NCBI GenBank assembly: GCA_963764165.1
Contig: CAVXRD010000002.1
Coordinates: 3,456,001 to 3,520,000, forward strand
Direction: 5' to 3'
DNA: 64,000 bases
Source: an uncultured Verrucomicrobiae bacterium
GTDB lineage: Bacteria > Verrucomicrobiota > Verrucomicrobiia > Limisphaerales > Palsa-1400
Both the position numbers and the translations under genes were made by a program. Shown here piece by piece: positions 28,271 to 39,711 of this stretch. The notes beneath the pieces were generated by a model. That model worked only from the letters and a program-made list of their open reading frames with translations, made no database searches and was not told the DNA's origin. Numbering within the stretch: position 1 is the first letter of the stretch; each line of letters starts with the position of its first letter.

Positions 28271-31200
28271 CTACGGCGCCAGGATCACGCGATAGTATTG
28301 CGCCTTGTTGGTGGCGTTTTTGTCAACTATAATGAACGAATTGGTGGCCGTGCTGTTGGTGACAAAGAGCGCGGTCCAATTTGCCGCCAGCAAATTCGTG
28401 CTCGTTTCCACAAGGTAGTCCTGGTTGGCGGAGCCGGTGAGGCGCAATTGGAACTGGCCGTTAGACAATTTAATCGCCGCCAATCCCGGGTGGAGCACCG
28501 GGCTTGTGACCAGCTTGAAGGTGCGCGTCAGCGTCAGCGCATTATGATCTGTCAAGCGCACGACGAAACTGTTTGTCCCGGCTGCCGAGGGCACGCCGGA
28601 AAGAAGGCCGTTGGTCGAAAGCGTGATGGAAGCTGGCGGCTGCTGTGATCCGTTGGCGATGGTCCAAGCATAGGGCGGCGTGCCGCCGGATGCTTGAAGC
28701 TGGTTCGAAATAATAAACTCCCGCAGTGGCGCTGGGCAGGGTGGATGCGGTGGTGATCTGCAGGTTCGCCGCGCCAACTGTGATGGTAAAATCGGCCTGC
28801 GCCTCAAACTGCTCGTCGTAAAGAATGAAGGTGAATGTGAATGATCCGCTGTTGGTGGGCGTGCCGGAAATCAGAAAAACTTGGTTAGAGCTGGTCGTCA
28901 AGCCGTAAGAGATATTCAGTCCCGGCGGAAAGTTCCCAAGCAACTGGTAACCGTTGTAGTAGCCGGTGCCGCCGGAGCCCGCGAATTGCGCATTGTAAGG
29001 AGTGCCAACGGTTCCGCTCGGCAGGGCATTGCTGGAAAGGAGCAGAGGAGGAAAAACAGCCATCGATAAAAATTGGCTGGTGGCATTTCCCAAGTTGTCA
29101 GTCACGTCCAACAGGAAATAATTGGTGCCAAGATCCGCCGCCGTGACCGAGCCATAAACAACCCCGCCGGGAAAAAGATTGATTCCGGGCGGCAACGGCA
29201 GCGAGCCGGAGTCCAGCGACCAAACGTAGGGCGCCTGCCCCCCGGAAGCTATCACTGGCTGGAAGTAGGGCATGCCGACAAGCACATCCGGCAGGGAAGC
29301 CGTCAGGATTTCGAGGGCGCTGGAGGAGCTGCCAGGCTGCACCGTGAAATCCACCTCCGCGCTATCCGCGTTGATGTTGGTGATTCCGTCGCTGATGCAG
29401 GCGTAGCCCCGCGAGTTTAGCCCTGGGCATGAGAGGCTGACCTCCCAGTAGCCGTTTGTCACAACAAAGGCATAGTATCCGTTCTGATCGGTCGTCGTGG
29501 AATAGCTGGCTCCGCCGCCGGCGTTGGTGGCAGTCACCGCCAAGCCCCCCACGGCGTTGCCGAATGCATCATCCACCCAGCCGAAAAGGTTGCCCGAGCC
29601 GCCGCCGTTCGATTGCGCGGCGAAGTCCAGTTCAGCCGAACCGCTTGAAAGAGTTACATTCGCGTCATTGACGCATTGATAGTTTAGCGAATTCAAACCG
29701 CCGCAATCCACATTCACGTTATAGGTTCCGTAGGGAACGGTAATCGAGTAATAGCCATTGCCGCCCGTGGTGGTGGAATAACCCTGCCCGCTGCATTGAT
29801 CCTGCAAATTGACCGATATCCCACTGATTCCCGCCCCGCTGGAAGCATCGGTTAGGTAGCCAAAAATCTGTCCCGATCCGCCGGATGTTACTTGTATGTT
29901 TACGCCGGTGGCGTTGTTGTTGGAAATGGTGACGTTCGGACCGCACGGGCACACGAAGTTGTTATTGCCGAGAATGCTTTGCAGGCTGTTGTTATTACCA
30001 TGGCAATTCACGTTGACGCTCCAGACGCCGTTGCCAACAAGCAGTGAATAATCGCCGTTGTTGTCCGTGATCGTCTGGGCCTGGAAACCGTTTGTATCCT
30101 GCGTGTTGGCGTTGATCGTCAAGCCGGCGAGGTTGGCGCCGTCGTACTGGACGTTGCCGGAAATATAATTCTCCGCTGGCTCAGCCGAGATATTCACCTC
30201 GATGGCCTGGCCAACGCCGATATTGGTGCTGCCGTTGGAATCAGACAGCGGTTGCGAAAAATTGTAGTCAGGAAATGCCCCGGCGTTCTCCACATTCACC
30301 TGCCATTGATCGTTCAGCCCCAGACCGCCGACCACCGCGATGACGAAGCTTCCGTTTGTAAACGTATAGCCATCCGATTGATAGGTATTATTGTAGTTGG
30401 TGAAGTTCTGGTCTTCCGCATAAAACTGAGCCACTCCCGGAATAGGATTGCCGGAAACGTCCTTAAGCGTTCCGTAAACGAGCGCCGTGGCTTTAGGAAG
30501 GGAGATGGTTACATTTGACACGCTTCCGTTGGTCGTGCTGAGGGCGGGTTTGTTTGCGAGTCCCACATAGCCGGCAAAGGCCTCGGCAGCGCTGTCGCCA
30601 CCAATTTGCCACTGGCTGGCAGTCACTCCCACGCTGAAACCGCCGTTGGTGTCGGTGTGCGTGATGGCCAGCAATCCAAGGCTTTTGTTCTGCGCCGCCA
30701 AAAGAAACCCCGGCAATCCCGCGCCGGTATTGGCGTCGACAACGCGGCCGGAAATTGTTTGCGTGGCGGGAATCAGGGTTAAATTGGTGGTGATCGTAGC
30801 GCCGCCGCCCAAGACCAAGCCGGAAACCGCCGCGGCGGAAGCCACAAAGCTGCTCTGAAAAGACACGAGGCCATACGTTCCCGGAGGCGCGGAAATCGAG
30901 TAAACGCCCGAACTATTGGCCACCGTCCCGCCGACTGGATTGACGGAATCACTGCCGCCCTGCGGCTGCAATAAGAGCACCGCCGCGTATGGAACAGGCA
31001 CGCCATTGCTCAGCACTGTGCCGGTGAGCTTTTGGGGATAGGAAACATTCGTTACCGCGAACGCATTTGTAATCGGTGTGAACGCGTTGGACGGGCTGGA
31101 AAGCCGAAATAAATAATTCCCGATAATGAGCTGGGAAAAGTCCATTTGCAGAAACAGTTTTGCGGTAATTTGACCGGCCACGGTGTCCGTGTCGCCCGGC

Positions 31201-31577
31201 ACATTGAAATTCGTGACCCCGCCGATGACCATGCCCGCTTGCCCATCGGTCAAATTAAACTGTTGCAACAGCGTGTCCCCAGCGTCGATAACGCCATTGT
31301 TATTGGCATCCAGATACTTCTGAACAATGACGCTGGCGCCAGTGGGCAATCCGCTGACGACCAGAGCAATAACTCCGGGATAGGTGTTGCCGACCGCAGC
31401 CGGAGTCTCGGCAAAACCGACGGCTGCCCAACCGCTCTGACAAATCAAAAGCAGCGCGCTCAAAAGGGCGAGCTGCGAACGGAATCTGGATCGTGCCATC
31501 ATGCGGGCGATCATCACGAAGCTTTCTTGCGCGTACATACGTCTTCTCTGTTGCGTTATTTTTGCTCTAAGAGACAC
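28271..31577 (-). CDS. Large secreted protein with carboxypeptidase-regulatory-like and putative Ig repeats; frameshift near 28709
   Basis: Signal peptide; repeated G.V.D...G...T..NG.Y units; GGxxPYxW Ig motifs; removing one base restores YYSNQLQASGGTPPY; C-terminal ...QYYRV. Confidence 0.75.
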
Positions 31578-31708
31578 ACGTCTCCAATCTTAAGAAGCGG
31601 CGTTTTCAGGGAAATCGTGTCAAAAAAGTGAAAATATCTTTTCAGCCGGCCAGTTCGCGCGCGAACCTTCGAAAAGGTTCGCCACGGCCATCTCATGCAA
31701 CCTCTTCC

Positions 31709-32203
31709 TTACGACTCCACGAATTTCGCGAAGCTGTCCAGGCACCTGCCCCACCCTTCGGCGTGATTGTCGCGGCTTTGCACCGAGGCGAACCGGGAAT
31801 GCGTCATCACGAACTCGGTCTTGCTGCCGCGCTTGAGAAATTCCACGGTGATCAGCGTCTCTTTGCCGTCCAATTCGCCGAACTCGGTGCCGCTGCCGTC
31901 CTTTTCCCAATCCCACGTGTACACCAAACGCTCAGGCGGCGTGACCTCGCGGAATTCTCCGGCGGCGGTGAAATACTCGCCGTCCGGTTTCCGCATTTGG
32001 ATGCGGAATTTGCCGCCCACCCGCAAATCCATCTTCGCTGACGGCACCTCCATGCCCGGCTCCGGCCGCATCCATTGCTGAATGTGCTCCGGTGATGTCC
32101 AAGCCTTAAACGCCAGTTCCTGCGGCGCATTGAGCATTCTCGTGATGACCAAAGTCGCGTCATCCGGTTTCCGCACTTCATTATTTGTCATTGTCGTTGT
32201 CAT
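31709..32203 (-). CDS. SRPBCC/AHSA1 domain protein
   Basis: APQELAFKAWT, DLRVGG, PERLVYTW, H.EGW. Confidence 0.9.
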   Translation of the reverse strand: MTTTMTNNEVRKPDDATLVITRMLNAPQELAFKAWTSPEHIQQWMRPEPGMEVPSAKMDLRVGGKFRIQMRKPDGEYFTAAGEFREVTPPERLVYTWDWEKDGSGTEFGELDGKETLITVEFLKRGSKTEFVMTHSRFASVQSRDNHAEGWGRCLDSFAKFVES

Positions 32204-32546
32204 GTTTGTTTTCCTTTTGTTGCAGTTTGTTTAGATAAGCCTCAAAACGATCCAGGTTCCCTTCCCAGAACTGCCGATACCGATTGATCCACAGTTGAGC
32301 TTCCTTCATAGGTTGCGCCTCCAATGTCAGGGTATGCACCCGGCCTTTGCGCCGGCGCTTCACCAACCCCGCTTTCTCCAGGACGATCACGTGCTTCGAA
32401 ACCGCCGCAAGCGACATTGAGTGAGGCTGGGCCAGGTCCGTCACGCATTGGTCTCCCTGGGCCAACTGGGCCACGATCCGCCGACGCGTCGGGTCCGCCA
32501 GGGCCCCAAAAGTTCGGTCGAGGAGCGTGGATTTATATTCAACCAT
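32181..32546 (-). CDS. ArsR/SmtB family transcriptional regulator
   Basis: FGALADPTRRRI, SLAAVSKH..VLEKAGLV. Confidence 0.92.
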   Translation of the reverse strand: MVEYKSTLLDRTFGALADPTRRRIVAQLAQGDQCVTDLAQPHSMSLAAVSKHVIVLEKAGLVKRRRKGRVHTLTLEAQPMKEAQLWINRYRQFWEGNLDRFEAYLNKLQQKENKHDNDNDK

Positions 32547-32559
32547 ATGGTTGAATATA
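32534..32559. promoter_or_regulatory. Perfect 26-bp palindrome over the arsR start codon (autoregulatory operator)
   Basis: TATATTCAACCAT|ATGGTTGAATATA. Confidence 0.8.
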
Positions 32560-32919
32560 GTTTGAAAAAAAAATCCGCGCAATCCAAATTTTCGAAATTC
32601 TTAAACCTTTTGGGCTGGCGCCCCTAGGAGCGTTTTTCGATCCGCGATTTTCACGATTTCTACCTTGCTTTGCCTTTGATTACCTGTCGCTGATAAATCA
32701 AAAATCGGCCTTGGCGGGGCAAGGCTGCCAATGAGCCTGCTAACGGTCAGCGGCGCTTCGTCTTTCGGCTAATTGCGGCTCATGGCCCAACTGCGGATTA
32801 TCGCACCCGTGAAATTTCCTTCGGACTCATTGACAAATGACGCGGAGCCATCAATGGAACCGGCCAGCCCCGTCGTCTCGTCCGGGCGCACCGCAAAAAC
32901 GCATTTGTTGACAACCAAT

Positions 32920-35466
32920 ATGAAAAAATCCCTGGTCTTCATCCTCGTCTCAGCCGCCCTTGTTGCAAACATTCATGCGGGCATTTTCAACGTCATTCAC
33001 AGCTTCGGCTCGCCGCTGACCAACGTCGGCGTTGAGCCCGCGGGTGGCGTGGTGCCAGGGCCGGACGGGACGCTCTACGGCGTCGATTTCAACGGCGGCA
33101 TCAACAATTACGGAACTATCTACAGCTTCAATGCCAATGGGTGCTACGCGCTCTGGAATTTCGCGGATTCGGGTGATGGCGCATACCCGGTCGGCGACCT
33201 GATTTTGGACGGGACCACGCTTTATGGGATTACGTCAGGAAACGGCGGGGCGGGCGGATTGTTCAAAATTCAAACGGACGGAACTGGGTTCTCGGTATTG
33301 CACAATTTTACCAGTTCAACCGACGGCTCGGCTGCCGCGGCAGGATTGGTCATGAGCGGGAATGTGTTCTACGGAGTTTGCCCAGCCGGCGGCTCCGGCG
33401 GCACTGGCACTGTCTTCAAAATGAACAGCGACGGGAGTGGCTTTCAGGTCCTGCACCATTTCACGAGCATTGATCCGGCAGCGTTTACGAATGCGGACGG
33501 CGCTTATCCGGAAGGCAAGCTGGTGTTGGATGGGAACACTCTTTACGGCACGACTTACCAGGGCGGGAATAATCAATTCGGCTCCGTTTTCTCCGTGCAA
33601 ATTGATGGAAGCGCTTTTGCTGTGCTGCACGTCTTCGATTCGTCCGAAGGGATGCTGCCAGTGGCTGGATTGACTCTTAGCGGAACAAAACTTTTCGGCA
33701 CGACCTATTACGGGGGAACCGATGGCAACGGCACGATTTTCACGCTCAACACCGATGGCTCAGGCTACACAACCCTCTATTCCCTGGCCAACGGTGGCAA
33801 CGATGGCATCGGCCCGCGAGCAACTCTTTTGTTGAGCGGAAATACGCTGTTTGGCTCCGCCTATGAAGGCGGTGCGAATGGCAACGGAACGCTGTTCTCG
33901 TTGCAGACGGACGGAACGGGATTTAATTTGTTTTACACCTTTTCAGCGCTTGATCCCAACTACTACGACAATAATGACGGAGCCAATCCCATTTCCGAAC
34001 TGCTGCTGTATCATGGAGTTTTGTGCGGAACCGCGCCGGGTGGAGGTTTGATTGCCACGCCGAGTTATTCTCAGAACTTCGGCACCCTGTTCCAGGTGAA
34101 TCCCGACGGCACCGGATTCTCGACCGACTATTTCTTCGATAACACCAGTGCGTCGACGGATGGGTATAATCCAGAGTGTCCGCTCGTGATTTCCGGCAAC
34201 ACAGTCTATGGGATGACTTATCTTGGAGGGCTCGATAATTACGGCGGCGTTTTCAAGGTGAACCGCGATGGGACCGGTTTCGTTCTGTTGCATTCCTTTG
34301 GTTTTGCCGAAGGCGCGTACCCGGTGGGAGGATTGGCCCTGGCTGGAAACACTCTTTACGGCACCACCATCAGCGGCGGCGCATTTGTCACCAACGGCGT
34401 CGTCTTTTCGATGAATACAGACGGCACTGGCTATTCTGTCCTGCACTCCTTTGCGGGTGGAACCGAGGGGTATGAGCCGTCCGCGGGAGTCACAATTGGC
34501 GGCGGCGCGCTTTATGGCACGACTTACAACGGCGGATCCAACGGTTACGGCACGGTCTACAGGCTGGACTTGAACACGCTTCAGCTTCAGACACTTCTCC
34601 ATTTCGCGGTGACAAATGGCGCGCATCCAAACTCCCCGCTCGTGCTGTCGGGCAGCACTCTTTACGGAGAAACTCCAGCGGGCGGCGTTGGCGCGGGCAA
34701 CTTGTTTAAAATGCAAACTGACGGCGCCGGCTTCACCAATTTGCGCGTCTTTTCGTTCACCACTGGCGAGGGTTCGCAAGGCGAAGGCGAAACGCCAGAG
34801 GGCGGGCTCATTCTCAACGGCGGCACGCTCTATGGAACCTCGGCCAACGGCGGGGAGAATCACACCGGGAATGTGTTCAAAATCAACACCGACGGCACCG
34901 GCTATGAGACGTTGTTCAATTTTGACCCGACGGCCTATAACGGAATCACCCAGACAAACTCAGACGGCGCGAACCCTGGCTCCGCGCTGGCGCTCTACGG
35001 CAACACGCTCTACGGCACGGCAACGTACGGGGGCGCTTACGGATACGGTACGCTTTTTGAGGTCAATACGAATGCAAACGGGGAGGCCGGCTTCACCAAT
35101 CTGCACACCTTCACGAGCTGGACGGGCTTTGAGTCACCGGTGGATGGCGGGTATCCGGGCGGAGGCGTCCTGTTCTCGGAAGGCCAATTGCTCGGAGTGG
35201 CAGGAGTGGGCGGAATCTTCGATTACGGGGTGGCATACCGTTACGACATCGTGCCGCCCCTGCACATTGCCGTCGTGAGCAACACACCTTTCATTTATTG
35301 GCAGCCCGACGGCGAAAATCACACGCTGCAATTCACGATGGACATCTCCACCGGCCCGTGGTCGAACGCTCCGGCCATCAACTTCACCAATATCGACAAC
35401 AACCGGGGCGTTCTCATGACGAACAAGCCTTTGCCGGCGCCCATTTTTTTCCGATTGATGGATTAG
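32920..35466 (+). CDS. Secreted GloVer-type tandem-repeat protein
   Basis: Signal peptide; many repeats of DG..P...L...G.TLYGTT..GG....GTVF....DG.G...LH.F. Confidence 0.88.
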   Translation: MKKSLVFILVSAALVANIHAGIFNVIHSFGSPLTNVGVEPAGGVVPGPDGTLYGVDFNGGINNYGTIYSFNANGCYALWNFADSGDGAYPVGDLILDGTTLYGITSGNGGAGGLFKIQTDGTGFSVLHNFTSSTDGSAAAAGLVMSGNVFYGVCPAGGSGGTGTVFKMNSDGSGFQVLHHFTSIDPAAFTNADGAYPEGKLVLDGNTLYGTTYQGGNNQFGSVFSVQIDGSAFAVLHVFDSSEGMLPVAGLTLSGTKLFGTTYYGGTDGNGTIFTLNTDGSGYTTLYSLANGGNDGIGPRATLLLSGNTLFGSAYEGGANGNGTLFSLQTDGTGFNLFYTFSALDPNYYDNNDGANPISELLLYHGVLCGTAPGGGLIATPSYSQNFGTLFQVNPDGTGFSTDYFFDNTSASTDGYNPECPLVISGNTVYGMTYLGGLDNYGGVFKVNRDGTGFVLLHSFGFAEGAYPVGGLALAGNTLYGTTISGGAFVTNGVVFSMNTDGTGYSVLHSFAGGTEGYEPSAGVTIGGGALYGTTYNGGSNGYGTVYRLDLNTLQLQTLLHFAVTNGAHPNSPLVLSGSTLYGETPAGGVGAGNLFKMQTDGAGFTNLRVFSFTTGEGSQGEGETPEGGLILNGGTLYGTSANGGENHTGNVFKINTDGTGYETLFNFDPTAYNGITQTNSDGANPGSALALYGNTLYGTATYGGAYGYGTLFEVNTNANGEAGFTNLHTFTSWTGFESPVDGGYPGGGVLFSEGQLLGVAGVGGIFDYGVAYRYDIVPPLHIAVVSNTPFIYWQPDGENHTLQFTMDISTGPWSNAPAINFTNIDNNRGVLMTNKPLPAPIFFRLMD

Positions 35467-35630
35467 TGGCAGGTTTCGGGATGTTTGACTTGCAAAATCA
35501 GGGGAACGGCTCCACTGTAAGCGGCATTGCGTTTCAGTTTATAAAAAGTCAAAATCGAGGAGCCATGCCCAATTCGTCGACCGTATTCCCTGCAACCGTA
35601 TTGTCTTTATCCACCGGCCTTCCATCCCCC

Positions 35631-38600
35631 ATGCCGAAATGGATGCCGCGCCTGGGCGTGGTCCGGCGGCTGATCTTGGCAGCCGTCGTGCTGCTGGCGG
35701 GCCTCCACCCCTCGTTTGCGGGGACATGGGCCGCTCTCAGCAGCGCCCCGCCCGTCGGTGTGAATCATGCGATGCTGTTAACCGATGGAACGATTTACAC
35801 GGACAACGGCTCCGGCCAATGCTGCCGCCTGACGCCGGACATCCACGGCAATTACCAATTCGGAACCTGGACTCATCTGGCCACGATGAATGATCCGCGG
35901 CTGTTCTTCACCTCGGAAATGCTCACCAACGGGAATATTTTCGTGGCCGGCGGGGAGTATGGCTCGGGAGGGCGGCACGCGGAGCTGTTTGACCCGCTCA
36001 GAAACACATGGTCGAAGATTCCTGATCCACTGCAGGCGCCGATATTTTCGGACACCATCGGAAAGTTGCTTCCGAACGGAAATGTTCTCACCGCTCCAGT
36101 GAGCTTATTCGGCCCATGCTTGATTTACAACGCCCTGACCAATGGCTGGCAAACCGCCGCCACCGCGAATAACCAAAATGAAGTCTGCTGGGTCAGAATG
36201 TCCAACGACTGCATCCTGACCGTCGACACCGGCACACAAAACGCGGAACATTACGCGCCAACCTTGAACGCCTGGGAGATTGACCACACTGTTCCTGTCG
36301 CGATTTATGGCTATGGCGCGGAGCTGGGCGCGGGATTTTTGCTGCCGAACGGAAAAGTGTTCTATATCGGAGCCTCGACCAACACCGCGATTTACACATC
36401 GGGCGCGAGCGTATCGGCCGCCGGCAGCTGGGTGGCCGGCCCGCCGATGGTTTTCGGGGCGAACCAGTTGGGCGCGGTCGATGCGCCGGCCGCGATGATG
36501 GTGACTGGAAACATTCTGTGCGCACTGGGGCCGATTGGCGGCTTCAACGGCCCAACGAGCTTCTATGAATACAATTACCTTTCCAACGCCTTCACGGCCG
36601 AAAGCGCCCCGGGGGGTGGCAGTTCTTACTCCGCTTCCGCCCCGTTTGGAACCAGCATGCTTTGCCTCCCCAACGGGACCGTGCTTTTTATCGGCGGCCA
36701 AAATACCCAATCGCTGTACGTCTACACGCCGTCCGGCGCCCCTCTGGCGCAGGGCCAGCCGGGCATCAGTTCGATCGCCGAAAATGCCGACGGGTCGTTT
36801 CTGCTGACCGGCACCAATCTTAATGGCATCAGCGCCGGCGCCGCTTACGGGGACGACGAACAGATGGACAGCAATTACCCGCTCGTGCGCATGACGAATT
36901 CATCCACCGGGTATGTCTACTATGGCCGGACCGCGAACTGGAGCAGCAGCAGTGTCATGACCGGAAGCAAGGTGATCACGACGAAGTTTACGGTTCCGAC
37001 GAACTTGCCCGCTGGCACTTACTCGCTGGTGGCCGTGGCCAACGGCAACGCATCCGCGCCGACGAATTTTGTGTACTCGCCTATCTCCGCTCCAACCGGG
37101 CTGAGCGCCATCAGCGGAAGCAACAATTTGGTCCGGCTGAGCTGGAATGCGAGCGCCAATGCCACTGCTTACAATGTAAAGGTCTGCTCCAATAGCACCG
37201 GTTATTTCACCACTCTCGCCACGGTCACCGGCACAACTTACACCAATGCCGGCCTCACCAATGGGGTCATCTATTACTACAAAGTCGCGGCCATTGGCGC
37301 CAACGGCCCCAGTGTCGACTCCGCGGCGGTCAGCGCCACTCCCTCGGGGCCAACGCCGATTCCGGGCGCGATCTCGGTCAGTTTGGCGTCGTCTTACAAC
37401 CGCGTCGGCATCTCCACCGATGGCCGCAGCATCAGCGGTTCCGGACTCGACGGCAGCGGCAATGTGTTTTCAGCGAATCTCCTTGGCCCCGACATTATTT
37501 GGAACAACCTCGTCTTCACCTTCGGGCCTGCCAATGCCTCGGATTCGGTTTATTGCAATGGCCAGACCATCAACCTTCCTCAATTGCAAGTCAACACGCT
37601 GCAATTCCTCGCCACGGCGGTGAATGGCGGCCAGGTCTCCGAGACGTTTACTGTAAATTATACGGATGGATCGAGCACCAACTTCACCCAAAGCTTCAGC
37701 GACTGGGCAAATCCCGAATCATTCGAAGGTGAAACCCCGCTCATCAACATGTATCATCGCAATACGAGCAGCGGCGGCCTGTCACTCCTGAACGTGACGC
37801 TGAATGCCTATATCTTTGTTTTGGACAGGACCAAGACTGTCATGAGCGTCACGCTGCCTAGCGACTCGAGTTTGATTCTATTTGCCATGGACGAGTCACT
37901 TGATCCCGCTCCGGTTGCACTGGATGCCTATTACAACCGCGCTGGCATCACCAGCGACGGCACCGCCTTCACGAATCCACCCACCGGCGGCGTGGATGGC
38001 GACGGCAATGCCTACTCGGGCACGCTGCTCGGACCCACGCACACTTGGACCAACACACTTTTTGAATTCGGTTCGCAGGATGAGACGAACGTGATTAGCT
38101 GCGAAGGAGAGGTCGTGGCGCTGCTCCCTGGAAACTATTCCAAGCTGCGAATGATCGCTGCCGCCGTCAACGGAAGCCAATCCTCGAAATCATTTATGGT
38201 GACGTATGCCGACGGCAGCACCACAACCTTCATCCAAAGCTTTAGCGATTGGTCCACTCCCGCGGTTTTTTCGGGCGAAACCAAGGCTATTCCCATGAGC
38301 TACCGCAATAGCAGCGACGGATCGTCGTCGCAAAACTCCACTTTTTATCTATATGGTTACACGTTTGTGCTCAGTCCAACCAAGCAAGCCGTCAGCATCA
38401 CGCTGCCCACGGATAAAAATCTTATAATCGCCGCCATGACGGAGGTGCCCGATTATCCGCCCTCGTTTGCAGCCAACGCTTTCACCCTCCCTTTCGCGAC
38501 GGTGGGCTCGCCTTACAGCGCCAGCGTCGCTTCCGATGCAACGGAATTGAGCGGTGATCCAATAACTTATACCGAATTAAGCGGCCCAGGCTGGGTAACG

Positions 38601-39206
38601 GTGTCCCCCGGCGGCGCTGTCACCGGCACGCCGTCCTCGTCGGATCTGAATTTGAACACCCTTTACATCAGCGCCACAAATGCAAATGGGATGTCGAATA
38701 GCGCCGTCTTCTATATTTACGTCGACGCTCCGCCCTACTTCCTGGAGGATCCGTTCGCGGAGCCCGACGCAACCGCCGGACAACTCTACTCGGTGAATAT
38801 CGCCACCAACGCGGCGGATCCGAACCCCACCGATGCGCTGACGTTCGGTTATCTGGCCGGGCCTACCTGGCTGAACGTCGCCTCCAACGGAGTCCTGTCG
38901 GGAACGCCGAACTCTTCCGATGTCGGCACCAATGCCATTGAGGTCAGCGTGGCCGACCCTTACGGCTTGTCGGACAGCGCGATCGTGGACATCATTGTCG
39001 ATCCTGCGCCAGCAATCATGCAATCGCTCTCGATGCAAGGCGGGCAATTAGTATTGACGTGGGCGGGAGGCGCCGGGCCGTTCCAAGTTCAAACGACGAC
39101 CGACCTGACGCAGCCATGGCAGGACGTTGGCGCGCCTATCAGCACGAATTCGATTGTGATCTCGCCCACCAACCAGGCGGCATTCTACCGAATCGTCGGC
39201 GATTGA
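35631..39206 (+). CDS. Large secreted protein: Kelch-like propeller, FN3, duplicated beta-sandwich, Ig repeats
   Basis: Signal peptide; L.NG..F..GG repeats; FN3 LSW...ATAYNV...YYYKVAA; internal duplication YNR.GI..DG...G.DG.GN; GP.W....G..GTP Ig repeats; start uncertain. Confidence 0.75.
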   Translation: MPKWMPRLGVVRRLILAAVVLLAGLHPSFAGTWAALSSAPPVGVNHAMLLTDGTIYTDNGSGQCCRLTPDIHGNYQFGTWTHLATMNDPRLFFTSEMLTNGNIFVAGGEYGSGGRHAELFDPLRNTWSKIPDPLQAPIFSDTIGKLLPNGNVLTAPVSLFGPCLIYNALTNGWQTAATANNQNEVCWVRMSNDCILTVDTGTQNAEHYAPTLNAWEIDHTVPVAIYGYGAELGAGFLLPNGKVFYIGASTNTAIYTSGASVSAAGSWVAGPPMVFGANQLGAVDAPAAMMVTGNILCALGPIGGFNGPTSFYEYNYLSNAFTAESAPGGGSSYSASAPFGTSMLCLPNGTVLFIGGQNTQSLYVYTPSGAPLAQGQPGISSIAENADGSFLLTGTNLNGISAGAAYGDDEQMDSNYPLVRMTNSSTGYVYYGRTANWSSSSVMTGSKVITTKFTVPTNLPAGTYSLVAVANGNASAPTNFVYSPISAPTGLSAISGSNNLVRLSWNASANATAYNVKVCSNSTGYFTTLATVTGTTYTNAGLTNGVIYYYKVAAIGANGPSVDSAAVSATPSGPTPIPGAISVSLASSYNRVGISTDGRSISGSGLDGSGNVFSANLLGPDIIWNNLVFTFGPANASDSVYCNGQTINLPQLQVNTLQFLATAVNGGQVSETFTVNYTDGSSTNFTQSFSDWANPESFEGETPLINMYHRNTSSGGLSLLNVTLNAYIFVLDRTKTVMSVTLPSDSSLILFAMDESLDPAPVALDAYYNRAGITSDGTAFTNPPTGGVDGDGNAYSGTLLGPTHTWTNTLFEFGSQDETNVISCEGEVVALLPGNYSKLRMIAAAVNGSQSSKSFMVTYADGSTTTFIQSFSDWSTPAVFSGETKAIPMSYRNSSDGSSSQNSTFYLYGYTFVLSPTKQAVSITLPTDKNLIIAAMTEVPDYPPSFAANAFTLPFATVGSPYSASVASDATELSGDPITYTELSGPGWVTVSPGGAVTGTPSSSDLNLNTLYISATNANGMSNSAVFYIYVDAPPYFLEDPFAEPDATAGQLYSVNIATNAADPNPTDALTFGYLAGPTWLNVASNGVLSGTPNSSDVGTNAIEVSVADPYGLSDSAIVDIIVDPAPAIMQSLSMQGGQLVLTWAGGAGPFQVQTTTDLTQPWQDVGAPISTNSIVISPTNQAAFYRIVGD

Positions 39207-39237
39207 GGCTCTTAACGCGTTACTGACGGCGCGAGCT

Positions 39238-39711
39238 ATGAGCTTTTGGAAGGATCTTTTTGGCGCGCGTCCGATTAAAAAGCCTGCGCCTGTAAAACTG
39301 TGGTGCGCCCGAGACATCCCGGAGATCATCAGCCAATTGCAACGATCTGGCGGTGATGGGAGCTTCGCCGTCCTTATATTTGTCGCACCTGATTCAACGG
39401 ACGGCGAGGCCGTCAACCTTCAGTATTCGATCGAGAATGGAACGGTCGGCTTCGATTGGGTTCTCATTGGCCCTCGTAATGTCGCGGACAAAGCAAAGGT
39501 CTTCGAGATCGCATCAAGAATGGGATATCATCTCGAGGAGCACGAAATGAACGATGTCCGCTACTTGCGTGTGACTGGCAGCGGCATTTCTGAACTTGGC
39601 GTAAGAATCATCCAAGGCGTCTACAAGATCGATCCCAACTCCCAAATACTCGACCTTCTTACCGAAGGCTTCATATGCGAGTCGCCTGCGCAGGATGGCA
39701 AATCGCGCTAA
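39238..39711 (+). CDS. Hypothetical protein
   Basis: 157-aa ORF filling the gap, MSFWKDLFG start. Confidence 0.6.
   Translation: MSFWKDLFGARPIKKPAPVKLWCARDIPEIISQLQRSGGDGSFAVLIFVAPDSTDGEAVNLQYSIENGTVGFDWVLIGPRNVADKAKVFEIASRMGYHLEEHEMNDVRYLRVTGSGISELGVRIIQGVYKIDPNSQILDLLTEGFICESPAQDGKSR

Noticed and set aside
32690..32900. Possible riboswitch upstream of the GloVer gene
   Set aside because: Could not match conserved motifs of c-di-GMP or other known riboswitches
35298..35630. N-terminal extension of the 1302-aa ORF
   Set aside because: Overlaps the GloVer gene and precedes the signal peptide; true start is probably near 35631
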